NCBI GenBank assembly: GCA_964527185.1
Contig: CAZGOI010000001.1
Location: 234,410-298,409, forward strand
DNA from: an uncultured Candidatus Saccharibacteria bacterium
GTDB taxonomy: Bacteria > Patescibacteriota > Minisyncoccia > Phycocordibacterales > UBA9973
Direction: 5' to 3'
Length of the DNA stretch: 64,000 bases
Numbering within the stretch: position 1 is the stretch's first letter; each line of letters starts with the position of its first letter. The position numbers were made by a program, and so were the translations under genes. The notes under the pieces were generated by a model that did no database searches, was not told the origin of the DNA, and was given only the letters and a program-made list of their open reading frames with translations. Shown in pieces: positions 29,039 to 39,001 of this stretch.

Positions 29039-30520
29039 TTACTCGACGTGCACTTTTATATCGGTGCGTTCGTTTTTTACTTTAAGCCAGAGCGTTGCAA
29101 AGGCGCCGATGATTATCATAAGCGCTGCTATTAGAAAAATATAATCATAGGCGTCTACTTGCGCTTTCAATTCTATCAACCCCGAATACGCGTGCATGGT
29201 GCTCGGGTCGGCGCTGTGGAGTTTGCTCAAGTTCGCGATAGATAAAATATTGTGCCCTGTTCGATTTTGTAAAATTGTCCCAAATAGCGCGATGCCAAAG
29301 GCGCCAGCCATATTTCTAGCAAGGGCAAGGACCGATGAGGCAATTCCGATCTCATGCGGGTCGACAACCGAGGCTATAACGTTTGTTCGCTGCGACATCC
29401 CAAAACCGATACCAAAAGACATAATTGCAAGCGGTACGACTATGTTGATCGCCCCAGATGTCGGGCTTATCCACGATAGGAAAAACATTCCGATACCGCC
29501 GACAAGTGTGCTTATAAATATGACATAGCGGGATTCAACTCTTCCGGTCAGCGAGCCACCGAGTGGCGCCGCCAAGACGATCATGAGCGCCATCGGTATG
29601 AAAAGATAGCCCGATTTGGTCGCGTCGTAACCCAAAAATGTTTGAGCAAATATCGGTATCAAAAATAATCCGCCCATCAGTCCCATAAATATTATGAAAT
29701 TATTAAATAGGGTGTTGACAAACGCCGGGATTTTGAAAAACCGCAAATCAACGATCGGCTCTGGCGAGCGTTTTTCAATTTCAATAAATACCCAAAGAAA
29801 TATTATCGTCAAAAGATAGCAAACGATGCTCTCAAGTGACATCCAGCCCCACGAGTGGCCTTGGTCAAGCACAAGCACGAGCGCAGACAGCGCTCCACCT
29901 AAAGTAATCGAACCCCACCAATCAAAATGCACAATCTTTTGCTCGGATTTTGATTCATGTATGAAAGTAAGCGCCATGGCAAGACCCAAGAGCCCGACAG
30001 GCAAGTTAACTAGAAATACTGACCGCCAGCCAAAGTTATCGATGAGCGGCCCGCCGATGAGCGGCCCAAAGACCGAAGCCGCCGCAAATGAAGAAGACCA
30101 AATACCGAGCGCTTGGGCGCGTTCGCGGCCTTGTTTGAAAGTAATCGCGAGTATGGCCATAGCAGTAGGGTAGTCGGCCGAACTGGCAACTGCTTGGATA
30201 ACTCGAAAGACTATCATCGATTGCAAGTTCCAGGCAATTCCAGCTAGCACCGAACCAGCGATAAAAATAGTAAAGCCCAAAACATAAACCCTTTTTCGGC
30301 CGATAGTGTCGCCGAGCTTGCCCCAAATCGGTACAAAAATTGCATTGGCGATGATATAGGCCGTCGCGATCCAACCAGCGGCCGAGACGGTAATACTAAA
30401 GTCATTTATGATTTTCGGCAAAGCCAAATTCACTATCGTCTGGTCGAGACGACCGAGAAATGTACCTATAATAACGGTGAAGAGTATCCACCATCGCAAG
30501 TTGTTACTCTTGTTTTCCAT
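29039..30520 (-). CDS. DHA2 family MFS efflux permease (EmrB/QacA-like)
   Basis: LDQTIVNLALP, WGKLGDTIGRKR, GPLIGG, WRSVFLVNLPVG; about 14 TM segments. Confidence 0.93.
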   Translation of the reverse strand: MENKSNNLRWWILFTVIIGTFLGRLDQTIVNLALPKIINDFSITVSAAGWIATAYIIANAIFVPIWGKLGDTIGRKRVYVLGFTIFIAGSVLAGIAWNLQSMIVFRVIQAVASSADYPTAMAILAITFKQGRERAQALGIWSSSFAAASVFGPLIGGPLIDNFGWRSVFLVNLPVGLLGLAMALTFIHESKSEQKIVHFDWWGSITLGGALSALVLVLDQGHSWGWMSLESIVCYLLTIIFLWVFIEIEKRSPEPIVDLRFFKIPAFVNTLFNNFIIFMGLMGGLFLIPIFAQTFLGYDATKSGYLFIPMALMIVLAAPLGGSLTGRVESRYVIFISTLVGGIGMFFLSWISPTSGAINIVVPLAIMSFGIGFGMSQRTNVIASVVDPHEIGIASSVLALARNMAGAFGIALFGTILQNRTGHNILSIANLSKLHSADPSTMHAYSGLIELKAQVDAYDYIFLIAALMIIIGAFATLWLKVKNERTDIKVHVE

Positions 30521-30524
30521 TTAT

Positions 30525-31175
30525 TTATTTTGTGTGCACGGTTATCTTTGCCGACATGCCATTTCTAAGTTCAGGATAATCGGCGATAGAGAAATTTACT
30601 TTGACGTCAAATTTTTTAACTGGTCGAGAATCTGAAATGCTGAATACGACGCCGGTGTCTTCAGAAGAAGGAGTAATATTTGCGACAACACCTTGGTAGC
30701 TTTTACCCGGAAAAGCGTCGACGGTAAATGTCGCCCTGTCGCCAGAGTTAATATTTCCCAGTCCGCCTGTCTCATCGATCGAGCCGACTACTTGCATATC
30801 GTTTGTGTCGACGACCGAGACAACCTTTTGTCCTGGTGAAAAGTATTGGCCGATTAAATTCTGCGCATATGACACGACGCCGCCTTGTTTGGAAACTATA
30901 ATCTCGCTACCGACTTGAGCGACTTGCGTATTTTGAGCAATAGTATCACCTTCTTTCACATAAAGAGCATTCAATGTGCCCGGCGCGCTCGGTGATAGGT
31001 TGACGACCGGCGCTTCGAGATACGAATTTTCTATGAAAACTGTTCCCGAGGTGCTTTGCCAAAATAGAAAACCACCCAAAACCCCAAAAACACAAACAAT
31101 GATCGCGATGCTATGCACCCACGGCTTTTTAGAAAAATGCACTTTTTTATTTTCGATTTTTTGTTCTTCGTTCAT
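30525..31175 (-). CDS. short HlyD/EmrA-like adaptor lacking the alpha-hairpin
   Basis: TM, lipoyl halves adjacent (LYVKEGD...IVSKQGGVV), IDET, VDAFPG, LRNGMSA. Confidence 0.82.
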   Translation of the reverse strand: MNEEQKIENKKVHFSKKPWVHSIAIIVCVFGVLGGFLFWQSTSGTVFIENSYLEAPVVNLSPSAPGTLNALYVKEGDTIAQNTQVAQVGSEIIVSKQGGVVSYAQNLIGQYFSPGQKVVSVVDTNDMQVVGSIDETGGLGNINSGDRATFTVDAFPGKSYQGVVANITPSSEDTGVVFSISDSRPVKKFDVKVNFSIADYPELRNGMSAKITVHTK

Positions 31176-31184
31176 AAATATTTT

Positions 31185-32444
31185 TTAATTAATAACTACT
31201 TTGTCGCTAGCGGCAAGGCCACTCAATATCTCGACGTTGGTACCGTCGTTTGTGCCGACTGTAACTTTTTGTTCGACGACATCAATACCCGATTGTTTCC
31301 TCACATAGTAACCATCGTCGCGTTTAATCAAAGCGGTATCTGGTATCATTACGTTTACCTCTTTCATGTTTGAGGCTACTAAAAGTTCAATAGCCGATGT
31401 ATTTGGTGTAGCAATTTGGCCAGGGGCAATCGAGACACTCGTTATCGTGCCGTCTTCGGGAGCTTTGATGATGGTGTTGTTATATGCGGCCTGGGCTATC
31501 TCGAGACCCCCTTTTGTATTATCGATTGCAGCTTGAGCAACAGCTACGTCTTCCGGCCTTGCGGCAGTCACGACTTGAGTTAGACGAGCTTGCGCTTGGT
31601 CAAGAGTTGCTTGGGCTGTTGCTTCCACTTGGCTTTCGGTGGCCACAGCCGCTTGGTAAGCATTGTAATTTGCCAAATAATTAGCTGCTTTTTTATTTGG
31701 CAGATTGATAGCCCAATTGTTTACATTTGAGTTGTATGACGCAGGGAAGATTATATATAGTCCAGATACGCCAATTGGTTGTGGAGTTGTTGTTGAAACC
31801 AAACCAGAAGTATTGACGAGTCCACTAGCTGTAAAACTCGAATTACCACCAGTATTGAAGACTGTTATCGTAATAGCCCCACCACTATCACCACCATATA
31901 TGCCACTTATTGAAGGCGCGGTGTAATTTACAGTATCAGAATCTGCTGGGACCGCTTCTGGGGTTGAGTTGAGAAGATTTGCATAAGCGTTCTTAACTAA
32001 TGTTGCTTGGGAGAGTTTGGTTTGGTCGAGGTTGACTTCTGCTGTGTGGACTGCAGTTTTGGCGATATCGATGTCGGTACCAGTTGCACCATTGACTAGC
32101 TTGTCATAGTTTGCCTTTGCAGTTTCATAAGCAGCTTCGGCTTGTGAAAGAGTGCCATAGACGTTGCCAGCATCGAGCGTGGCTAATACTTGGTCTTTTT
32201 TAACAGCATCTCCATTTTTTACAAGGACTGTTTTAATCCGGCCGTTTGATAGAAAACCCAAAGACAGATGATTAACAATACTCGATGTTCCTTCGATTGT
32301 TCCGCTAACGGCCGTAGCAAAATGGTATGTTGGCTTTTTGTGTATGGCGATGTATCCAAAAACACCGATAACAAGTGCAATCATCATCGATACAAGCGCG
32401 ACTTTCTTTGGCTGGTGTATAAATTTTATGAAACTTTTTTTCAT
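31185..32444 (-). CDS. efflux adaptor (membrane fusion protein) with long hairpin and inserted beta-rich domain
   Basis: LGFLSNGRI, VKNGDAVKKDQVLATLD, IKAPEDGTI, VEILSGL. Confidence 0.85.
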   Translation of the reverse strand: MKKSFIKFIHQPKKVALVSMMIALVIGVFGYIAIHKKPTYHFATAVSGTIEGTSSIVNHLSLGFLSNGRIKTVLVKNGDAVKKDQVLATLDAGNVYGTLSQAEAAYETAKANYDKLVNGATGTDIDIAKTAVHTAEVNLDQTKLSQATLVKNAYANLLNSTPEAVPADSDTVNYTAPSISGIYGGDSGGAITITVFNTGGNSSFTASGLVNTSGLVSTTTPQPIGVSGLYIIFPASYNSNVNNWAINLPNKKAANYLANYNAYQAAVATESQVEATAQATLDQAQARLTQVVTAARPEDVAVAQAAIDNTKGGLEIAQAAYNNTIIKAPEDGTITSVSIAPGQIATPNTSAIELLVASNMKEVNVMIPDTALIKRDDGYYVRKQSGIDVVEQKVTVGTNDGTNVEILSGLAASDKVVIN

Positions 32445-32447
32445 GGA

Positions 32448-32873
32448 TTATTCTATGATTATTTTAATAATACGCTCGAGTGCAATCTTGTCGTTTGCCG
32501 AGAGCCCTGAAAGCATCTTGGTGACAATTGTCTCTTTTCTTTTTGAAAATTTTTTGAACAACGCTTTAGCTTTGTTGGTAAATACTATATAGATGATTCT
32601 GCGGTCTTTGGGGTCATCTTTGCGTTTGATTAATTTTTTCTTTTCCATTTCTCCGACTAATACTGTGGCTGATGGGGGAGTGATGTCAAAATACTGGGCG
32701 ATTTCTTTCATCGTAACTTTTTCATTTTTACCTATAAGGCGCAGGAGTTCGGTCTGTGAAAAAGTTAATTCAAAATTCAGCCCCTCCTTTTTGTATTCTT
32801 GGGACATTTTTCGACGAAATGTTAGAAGCAGGTTTTCAAGTTGTGGTCTGTGGTTTTGTTTTATATATTTCAT
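32448..32873 (-). CDS. MarR family transcriptional regulator
   Basis: LTFSQ, TMKEIA...ITPPSAT, DPKDRR. Confidence 0.92.
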   Translation of the reverse strand: MKYIKQNHRPQLENLLLTFRRKMSQEYKKEGLNFELTFSQTELLRLIGKNEKVTMKEIAQYFDITPPSATVLVGEMEKKKLIKRKDDPKDRRIIYIVFTNKAKALFKKFSKRKETIVTKMLSGLSANDKIALERIIKIIIE

Positions 32874-32884
32874 ACTACTAATAG

Positions 32885-32908
32885 TTAGACTATCTAAGTA
32901 TATAGATA
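32885..32908. promoter_or_regulatory. candidate MarR operator
   Basis: Overlapping inverted repeats TTAGA-N3-TCTAA (32885-32897) and TATCTA-N6-TAGATA (32891-32908) just upstream of marR. Confidence 0.45.
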
Positions 32909-32929
32909 AGTCAGAATAAAGTCAAATTA

Positions 32930-32957
32930 AAAGAGTCGGACAAAGGTCCGACTCTTT
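32930..32957 (-). terminator. intrinsic terminator
   Basis: AAAGAGTCGGA...TCCGACTCTTT perfect 11-bp stem. Confidence 0.85.
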
Positions 32958-32967
32958 ATTTTAATAC

Positions 32968-34152
32968 TTAAAATTTACTACATTGTACAAATTTTTGGGT
33001 CAAGGCTGGGGCCAGTGTTACCCCCATGCCATTGCATCCGACGATGGTGTGAACCCTCCCACCATTTGAGTGGTGAAACACAGGCAATTTTTTCTCTGTG
33101 AATGCCATCGTTCCGGCCGATTTAAATTCAACCTTGCAGTCGACTTCTTCGCCTAAAATATGCTCTATGGCAAAATCCAAAATCGAATCTATGACAGCTG
33201 GTTCAGGATTTTGGCTTAGAGTTTCTTCTTTTTTTAGGAATTCATTTCTTTGACCGCCAATCATAAGCCGGCCATCAATTTCTCTGAAGTATGTAAACCC
33301 TTCATTGAAATGAAACGACCCTTTTAATTTGAAATTTTCAATCGGCGAAGTTACCAGAATCTGCCCTCTGGCAGGTGTGATTTTCACGTCGTTGTTTAGC
33401 TCGATTATCGAGCCATTCACACAAAGAAATAAATTTCCACAAGGAATTTCGAGGAATTCATTTTCTACCTCGACTACAACCTTACTCCTGTCTTCGTCGT
33501 ACCCAGTAACATTCATCCCATCAAAAATTTTTACCCGCAGGTCATGAATTTTTTGCTCAAGAGCAGCCAGAAGCATATTACTGCGGAGCACACCCTCGCT
33601 TTCATTTACTGCCATACCGTCGAAACCTCTTAAACCGAATTTTTCCAACCCACCCTGAGACCATTTAAATGTGTTCTTTGTTTCAATAACCCGACTCTCC
33701 TTTAGATTTTTGAAAAGGAATTGGTTGGTTGTTTCGATCTGGTGTTTTATAAATTCTAAACTATGAATCTTTCTTGAAAAACATTCATAGCCACCAACTC
33801 TTTCGTAACCGATAGCATCACCCCCTAAAATATCAAGCATCAGGTGTGTGCCACGACACCTTTCGCTGATCATATTGAGCATCTCGGCGTGACCGAAGAT
33901 TTTAATGCTTGACATCATCTCGGTCAAACTTCCTGTCAGGCAGACAAAGCCGGCATTGGCACTCGAGGCCCCAAGGCACCTAGTACCTCTTTCAAGGATG
34001 GCAACTGAGGCGCGGGGATATTTTTTGCTTAGGAAATAAGCAAGCCACATGCCGTAGAGGCCGGCGCCTATTATCAAAAAATCTATATAACCAAAGGTTG
34101 CATTTTCCCAGTATGATAGGGAAGAACGAGTGAGATTTTTTCTTGTTTCCAT
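32968..34152 (-). CDS. FAD-dependent oxidoreductase (DAO/DadA family)
   Basis: LSYWE, IIGAGLYG, GASSANAGF, PARGQIL, GCNGMGV. Confidence 0.88.
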   Translation of the reverse strand: METRKNLTRSSLSYWENATFGYIDFLIIGAGLYGMWLAYFLSKKYPRASVAILERGTRCLGASSANAGFVCLTGSLTEMMSSIKIFGHAEMLNMISERCRGTHLMLDILGGDAIGYERVGGYECFSRKIHSLEFIKHQIETTNQFLFKNLKESRVIETKNTFKWSQGGLEKFGLRGFDGMAVNESEGVLRSNMLLAALEQKIHDLRVKIFDGMNVTGYDEDRSKVVVEVENEFLEIPCGNLFLCVNGSIIELNNDVKITPARGQILVTSPIENFKLKGSFHFNEGFTYFREIDGRLMIGGQRNEFLKKEETLSQNPEPAVIDSILDFAIEHILGEEVDCKVEFKSAGTMAFTEKKLPVFHHSNGGRVHTIVGCNGMGVTLAPALTQKFVQCSKF

Positions 34153-34231
34153 GGTATTTAGTTTTAATTTTGCCCGCATTTTATAACAATATTTTTACAT
34201 AGTCAAACCAGAATTCTGGTATAATGGGTCT

Positions 34232-34585
34232 ATGTTTTTCAAAATTCTTTTCATGGGCAAAGCGATACACGATATAAAAAAAGACCCCGGGCATTTTGTA
34301 GCTGGTGAGACTCGCAATGCTATGCTTTCGATTTTGTTTATGCCGGCGCTCATTATTTTCCTCGGCCTCGTCTTTCTTTTCTCGCTCGGCTTCACCCATT
34401 TTCTCGGTGGGCCATACCTATTTTTCAAAATAATTTTCTGGATTGGATTTTTTATTTCATTGATTTCAGGTTTTGTTATCTACAAACTAACATCATTTCT
34501 TCATCGCAAGACAAAGACCATCGTAAACAAAACGATAGACAATATTAGCAACATAGATAACAATAGTGATAAAATAGAGCAGTAA
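34232..34585 (+). CDS. small membrane protein
   Basis: Two TM segments; TGGTATAAT 6 nt before the ATG. Confidence 0.65.
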   Translation: MFFKILFMGKAIHDIKKDPGHFVAGETRNAMLSILFMPALIIFLGLVFLFSLGFTHFLGGPYLFFKIIFWIGFFISLISGFVIYKLTSFLHRKTKTIVNKTIDNISNIDNNSDKIEQ

Positions 34586-34604
34586 AATTATTTTAAATAA
34601 TTAC

Positions 34605-35063
34605 ATGAATAAAAAATCAACACCAATCATCATAGGCCTAGTTTGCATTGCCATTGTTGTAGTTATCGTTTTAGTTGGACAAGGTAAAAAAAATGGTAAT
34701 TACCCTCCATCGCAAAATAATGATATAAGTTCACAAACACAAGGAACGCAATCTGATTCAACATTAGTAAGTAAGGAGACAACAAACGGGACGGGGGCAA
34801 CCAAAACACCAGTTACTAAAAAACCCGGTGAATATACTATGGCTGATGTGGCTAAACACAACAACGCCTCGGACTGCTGGACGACAATCAATGGTGGTGT
34901 CTATAATGTAACTTCTTGGATTTACCAACACCCAGGGGGTTCAGAAGCTATTATTAGTCTCTGCGGCATCGATGGATCAGATGCATTCAACCAACAGCAT
35001 GGCGGGCAACGTCGACCAGCAAACGAACTTGCGTCATTTAAAATAGGAACTCTAGTACAATAA
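34605..35063 (+). CDS. membrane-anchored cytochrome b5-like heme-binding protein
   Basis: YTMADVAKHN...DCW...VYNVT...HPGG...CG.DG...F...H. Confidence 0.9.
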   Translation: MNKKSTPIIIGLVCIAIVVVIVLVGQGKKNGNYPPSQNNDISSQTQGTQSDSTLVSKETTNGTGATKTPVTKKPGEYTMADVAKHNNASDCWTTINGGVYNVTSWIYQHPGGSEAIISLCGIDGSDAFNQQHGGQRRPANELASFKIGTLVQ

Positions 35064-35064
35064 T

Positions 35065-35499
35065 ATGAAAAACACTCTCAAAAATTTAGCTCCGACTGTC
35101 GTGCGATTGGGTATTGCCATGGTCTTCATTTGGTTTGGGCTCAACCAGCTCTTTAACCAAGCGATGTGGGTGAGTTTGATACCGTCTTGGGCGATCTCAC
35201 TATCGGGGTTAAGCGCCAAATCTTTTGTCATTGTTAATGGTTTGGTTGAAATAATCCTTGCCTCGCTCCTTGCCTTTGGGATGAAAATTAGGATTGTCGC
35301 AACTCTTCTCGCCCTCCATCTTTTGACGATTGTTATGGATCTCGGTCTTGACGCGATCGGGGTGAGAGATATTGGCCTCATGTTTGCGACAATTTCTATC
35401 GCGCTCTATGGGCCAGATATATTCTCTTGGGATATGGTTTCAAAAAAAGATATACAGGCCCAACCAAATATTGAAATAAATAAAAGCCGCTACGTTTAG
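35065..35499 (+). CDS. DoxX family membrane protein
   Basis: VRLGIAMVFIWFG, GLVEI, IGVRDIGL. Confidence 0.8.
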   Translation: MKNTLKNLAPTVVRLGIAMVFIWFGLNQLFNQAMWVSLIPSWAISLSGLSAKSFVIVNGLVEIILASLLAFGMKIRIVATLLALHLLTIVMDLGLDAIGVRDIGLMFATISIALYGPDIFSWDMVSKKDIQAQPNIEINKSRYV

Positions 35500-35510
35500 T
35501 AGCGGTCTTT
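35487..35510. terminator. terminator between convergent genes
   Basis: CCGCTAC...GTAGCGG stem with flanking A and T runs. Confidence 0.6.
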
Positions 35511-35532
35511 ACTTTTTAAAATTTTATTCTTT

Positions 35533-36321
35533 TTAATGCTCGAATTTAAAAATAACTCCGATATTAAACCCGATCGGCAGGCTCTGTGAATTAAATACCG
35601 GCAACTGGCCAGCCTGTGATGACGACTGCCGGCTGCGCCTCAAAGCCAAGCCAAATTTGAAAATTGTATTTTTGGCTTTAGCCCCGATAAAAGGACTGAA
35701 TTCACTCTCGGTCTGGCTCATAGTCCCACCGTTAAACTGCTGTCCCTGGACCTGTCTTTCGGTCCAGTTGATCATCTTCATATTGAATTCAAGGCCTAGT
35801 GCAAAGACATCGCCCATAAATTTCATCAGACGCACACGGGGCATAAACAAACCCTTGCTCCATGTGTTTCCGGAGCTCGATGTCGGCAGAAGGACGTATG
35901 TCAATTCTACTTCTCCATCGATGCCTTCATCTTTACCGGTTAGATGGCCGTAGGCCGTACCACCCCAGTATGTGTCACTTTTTTTAGGCGATGAGCCAAT
36001 TTGGGGGCTCAACAATCCAGTGACGCCGATTCCGGCTGTCAGGTTCATGTCGGTACCGAGGGCCATGATGTGACCGCCACCGAGCGTGAATCTGGTAATT
36101 TTCTCCAGATCGGTCGTGCTTTTCTTTGTCAGCTGTTCATGGCCGATGCCGTAAAACAGCCACTGGTAAACACCAGTGCAACGCAGGTTGACCCTGGTTT
36201 CATTAGTGCCCTGGTCATTCTTGCCGAATCCAGTGTTTACTTCCATAAGACCGGAATAATCCTGTGCAAAAGCTTTTATGGCAAAAAAGGCCATGAAAAG
36301 CAAAGATAAAATCTTTTTCAT
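35533..36321 (-). CDS. secreted protein with outer-membrane beta-barrel-like pattern
   Basis: Signal peptide AFA/QD; alternating amphipathic strands; C-terminal IGFNIGVIFKF. Confidence 0.55.
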   Translation of the reverse strand: MKKILSLLFMAFFAIKAFAQDYSGLMEVNTGFGKNDQGTNETRVNLRCTGVYQWLFYGIGHEQLTKKSTTDLEKITRFTLGGGHIMALGTDMNLTAGIGVTGLLSPQIGSSPKKSDTYWGGTAYGHLTGKDEGIDGEVELTYVLLPTSSSGNTWSKGLFMPRVRLMKFMGDVFALGLEFNMKMINWTERQVQGQQFNGGTMSQTESEFSPFIGAKAKNTIFKFGLALRRSRQSSSQAGQLPVFNSQSLPIGFNIGVIFKFEH

Positions 36322-36418
36322 ATGAAAGGGCCTCCTAGCCCTGTTTTGTTTGAAAAGAAGAATTAGTTAAACTTGTCCACTTATTAACATTTTTTCAAGA
36401 AAAAGTCAATAGCAAGGG

Positions 36419-37066
36419 CTATTTATTTTTTACTAGTCCATCGGCAAAATTAGCCACAGTTTTTTCTTTGTACGCAAGAGTTGCGTAATCGCTTGTACTG
36501 CCAAGTTCGGTCATAGCTTTTATTTCTGTGCTTTGAACTTTAATAGGGTTTCTTATGTCTATAACATCATTAACATTAACTGAAATATGTTTTTTACCTT
36601 GGCCGAGGTTCTCCGCTTCTTGATAAATTTTGTCTATAATTTTAATACTCTGCCCGACTTTTTTAAAAGCTGGCATATTTACTTTCTCTAAATATTCGCT
36701 GCTAGCAGGTTTTAACCCCATAGCTTCAAGCGCTCTTATTTCTTTGTCGATCATATTTTTATCCTTGCCTGAAAATTCAACCAAATAGACATCTTTGGTT
36801 GTATCGTCCGTAGGAATGAGCAATATACTCTCTACTTTTATTCCAGCAATTTCTTTGTCTACAATTATTTCTCGATAATTCTCTCCGGGTGCAAGCGGTA
36901 ACTCTGCTTTTGTTTTTATTGTTGAATCAGAAAAAACATTCTCGTTTGCTTTTTTTGTAACACTCGAGTCTTTATCTGGTGTTTTTAATCCTTCGGCCCG
37001 AGTTGCGACCGACGATACGGTCATTGCCCCGACAGTAAGAATTTTTTTGAAAAAGTTTTTATCCAT
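36419..37066 (-). CDS. hypothetical secreted protein
   Basis: Signal-like N-terminus; TGCTAGAAT 6 nt upstream of the ATG. Confidence 0.6.
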   Translation of the reverse strand: MDKNFFKKILTVGAMTVSSVATRAEGLKTPDKDSSVTKKANENVFSDSTIKTKAELPLAPGENYREIIVDKEIAGIKVESILLIPTDDTTKDVYLVEFSGKDKNMIDKEIRALEAMGLKPASSEYLEKVNMPAFKKVGQSIKIIDKIYQEAENLGQGKKHISVNVNDVIDIRNPIKVQSTEIKAMTELGSTSDYATLAYKEKTVANFADGLVKNK

Positions 37067-37184
37067 AGTAATATTCTAGCATTAAAATTTAATATGCAAA
37101 ACTCGCATATTCATCTTGTCGTGCTATACTTGCCGATATGACAAATCGAAAATCTAACCATTTTAAAAATAAACAAGAGTAACT

Positions 37185-38087
37185 ATGAACCCAAGTGGCC
37201 CACTACTCATAATTTGCGCCAGCCTGCTCTGGGCTTTTGACGGAGTTATCCGCAGGAATCTTTTCACCCTCGTGCCACTCGTTATCATATTTTTCGAGCA
37301 CCTTGTCGGGCTTGTCATATTGGCGCCGTTTGTTTTGAAAAAAGTTTTTAATACTAAAATTAGCAAACGCGAATTCTGGCTTTTTGTCCTAGTTGCGCTC
37401 TTGAGTGGCCTCCTCGGAACGCTCTGGTTCACGACCGCGCTCCTCCATGTCCACTTCATATCTTTCTCAGTCGTATTTTTGCTTCAAAAACTACAACCGA
37501 TATTTGCCATAACCGTGGCCTCTATTTTCTTGAAAGAAAAATTTGAAAAGAAATATTTAAAGTGGGCGATATTGGCAATAGCCTCTGCGTATTTTGTAAC
37601 ATTCAAAAATGGGTTTGTAGATTTTAATACAGGCGAGGGGACGATCATCGCCGCGCTCTATGCCATCGGGGCAGCGTTTGCCTGGGGTTCATCGACGACA
37701 TTCTCGAAAATGATTTTGAACAAAATCTCTTTTGGTGTAAGCACCTTCTATAGATTTCTCCTCACTGCCGCTATGGCGCTCTTTTTAATTATTTCTCTGG
37801 GGTATGCAGATAGGCTTTCATCTCCAACCCTTGCTCAATTTGGATTGTTTGCTCTGATCGCTGTCTCGACCGGTATGGTGGCTCTCGTCATATACTACAA
37901 AGGTCTGGCCAAAACTTCTGTCCACGTTTCGGCAATACTCGAACTTACTTTCCCATTTGTGGCGATACTCATAGACATGCTACTCTATCATAATTTCTTG
38001 TCTTTATCGCAATGGGTAGCGGCGATCCTACTCACTTTCTCAATTTATAAGATTGCTAGGCTCAAAGAAAATGCTTTATCTAACTAG
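37185..38087 (+). CDS. EamA/DMT family transporter
   Basis: About 10 TM segments in two repeats; LQKLQPIF...FLKEK, YYKGL, LELTFP. Confidence 0.88.
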   Translation: MNPSGPLLIICASLLWAFDGVIRRNLFTLVPLVIIFFEHLVGLVILAPFVLKKVFNTKISKREFWLFVLVALLSGLLGTLWFTTALLHVHFISFSVVFLLQKLQPIFAITVASIFLKEKFEKKYLKWAILAIASAYFVTFKNGFVDFNTGEGTIIAALYAIGAAFAWGSSTTFSKMILNKISFGVSTFYRFLLTAAMALFLIISLGYADRLSSPTLAQFGLFALIAVSTGMVALVIYYKGLAKTSVHVSAILELTFPFVAILIDMLLYHNFLSLSQWVAAILLTFSIYKIARLKENALSN

Positions 38088-38439
38088 ACAAATTAAAGGC
38101 GCTGGCCGCGGTCGAAAAATCGGGTTTCCGACTATCAACCTTTCGATAGACGAGTCTCTCGATATCGATGATGGTATATATGCTGCTTGGGTGACGATTG
38201 CTGACCGGACATACATGGGGGCCCTGCACTTTGGCCCGGTCCCGACGTTTCATGAAAATAAAAAAACACTCGAAGTTTATCTACTCGATACAAAAGACAG
38301 CATTCTCGAACTTATAGACGGAGAAATTGAAATTGATTTTGTTAAAAAAATTCGCGAAATTGAAAATTTTCAAAATATTTCTGACCTATCGAATAAAATT
38401 GCCGAAGACGTAAAAGCTGTTATAGAGATTTTAGGCTAA
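38071..38439 (+). CDS. stand-alone riboflavin kinase domain
   Basis: GAGRGRKIGFPTINL, GIYA, GPVPTF, LEVYLLD, KIRE; no FAD synthetase domain. Confidence 0.88.
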   Translation: MLYLTRQIKGAGRGRKIGFPTINLSIDESLDIDDGIYAAWVTIADRTYMGALHFGPVPTFHENKKTLEVYLLDTKDSILELIDGEIEIDFVKKIREIENFQNISDLSNKIAEDVKAVIEILG

Positions 38440-38467
38440 AAATATTATTTAGTAGTATAGTGTAGTT

Positions 38468-39001
38468 ATGACCGATGAAGATATAGTCGACCTCTACTTA
38501 AAAGGCGAAACGGAAAATTTCAAAATTCTCATCGACCGCTACGGCGATATGATTTATAATTTTTCCCTGCGATTTGTCGGCGCCGATACAGCAGAAGATG
38601 TCAGCCAAGATGTTTTTATAAAAGCTTGGCGCGGAATTAAAAAATTCGATAAAAACAAGGCTCAATTTAAAACATGGCTTTTTACTATCGCCCGCAACAC
38701 CATTACAGATTATTTGCGGAAGAAAAAAACTATTTCCTTCAACAGCCTTGATGAATCTTTTATAGAATCTATTGAAGACGAAAACCCAAACCAGGAAGAA
38801 ATTGCCGAAAAAATCGAAAACAGCGCGCGGCTGGCCAAAGCCCTAGAAAATATTCCGATCAATTCTCGGCTGGTCCTAACGCTCTATTATCAGGAAGATA
38901 TGACATTTGAGGAGATAGGGAGAGTTCTCGGAAAACCACTAAATACGGTCAAAAGTCAGCACCGCCGAGCATTACTAGAGCTCAAAAAGATGGTTTTGTA
39001 G
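38468..39001 (+). CDS. ECF RNA polymerase sigma factor
   Basis: AEDVSQDVFIKAW, FKTWLFTIARN, EEIG...LNTVKSQHRRA. Confidence 0.93.
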   Translation: MTDEDIVDLYLKGETENFKILIDRYGDMIYNFSLRFVGADTAEDVSQDVFIKAWRGIKKFDKNKAQFKTWLFTIARNTITDYLRKKKTISFNSLDESFIESIEDENPNQEEIAEKIENSARLAKALENIPINSRLVLTLYYQEDMTFEEIGRVLGKPLNTVKSQHRRALLELKKMVL

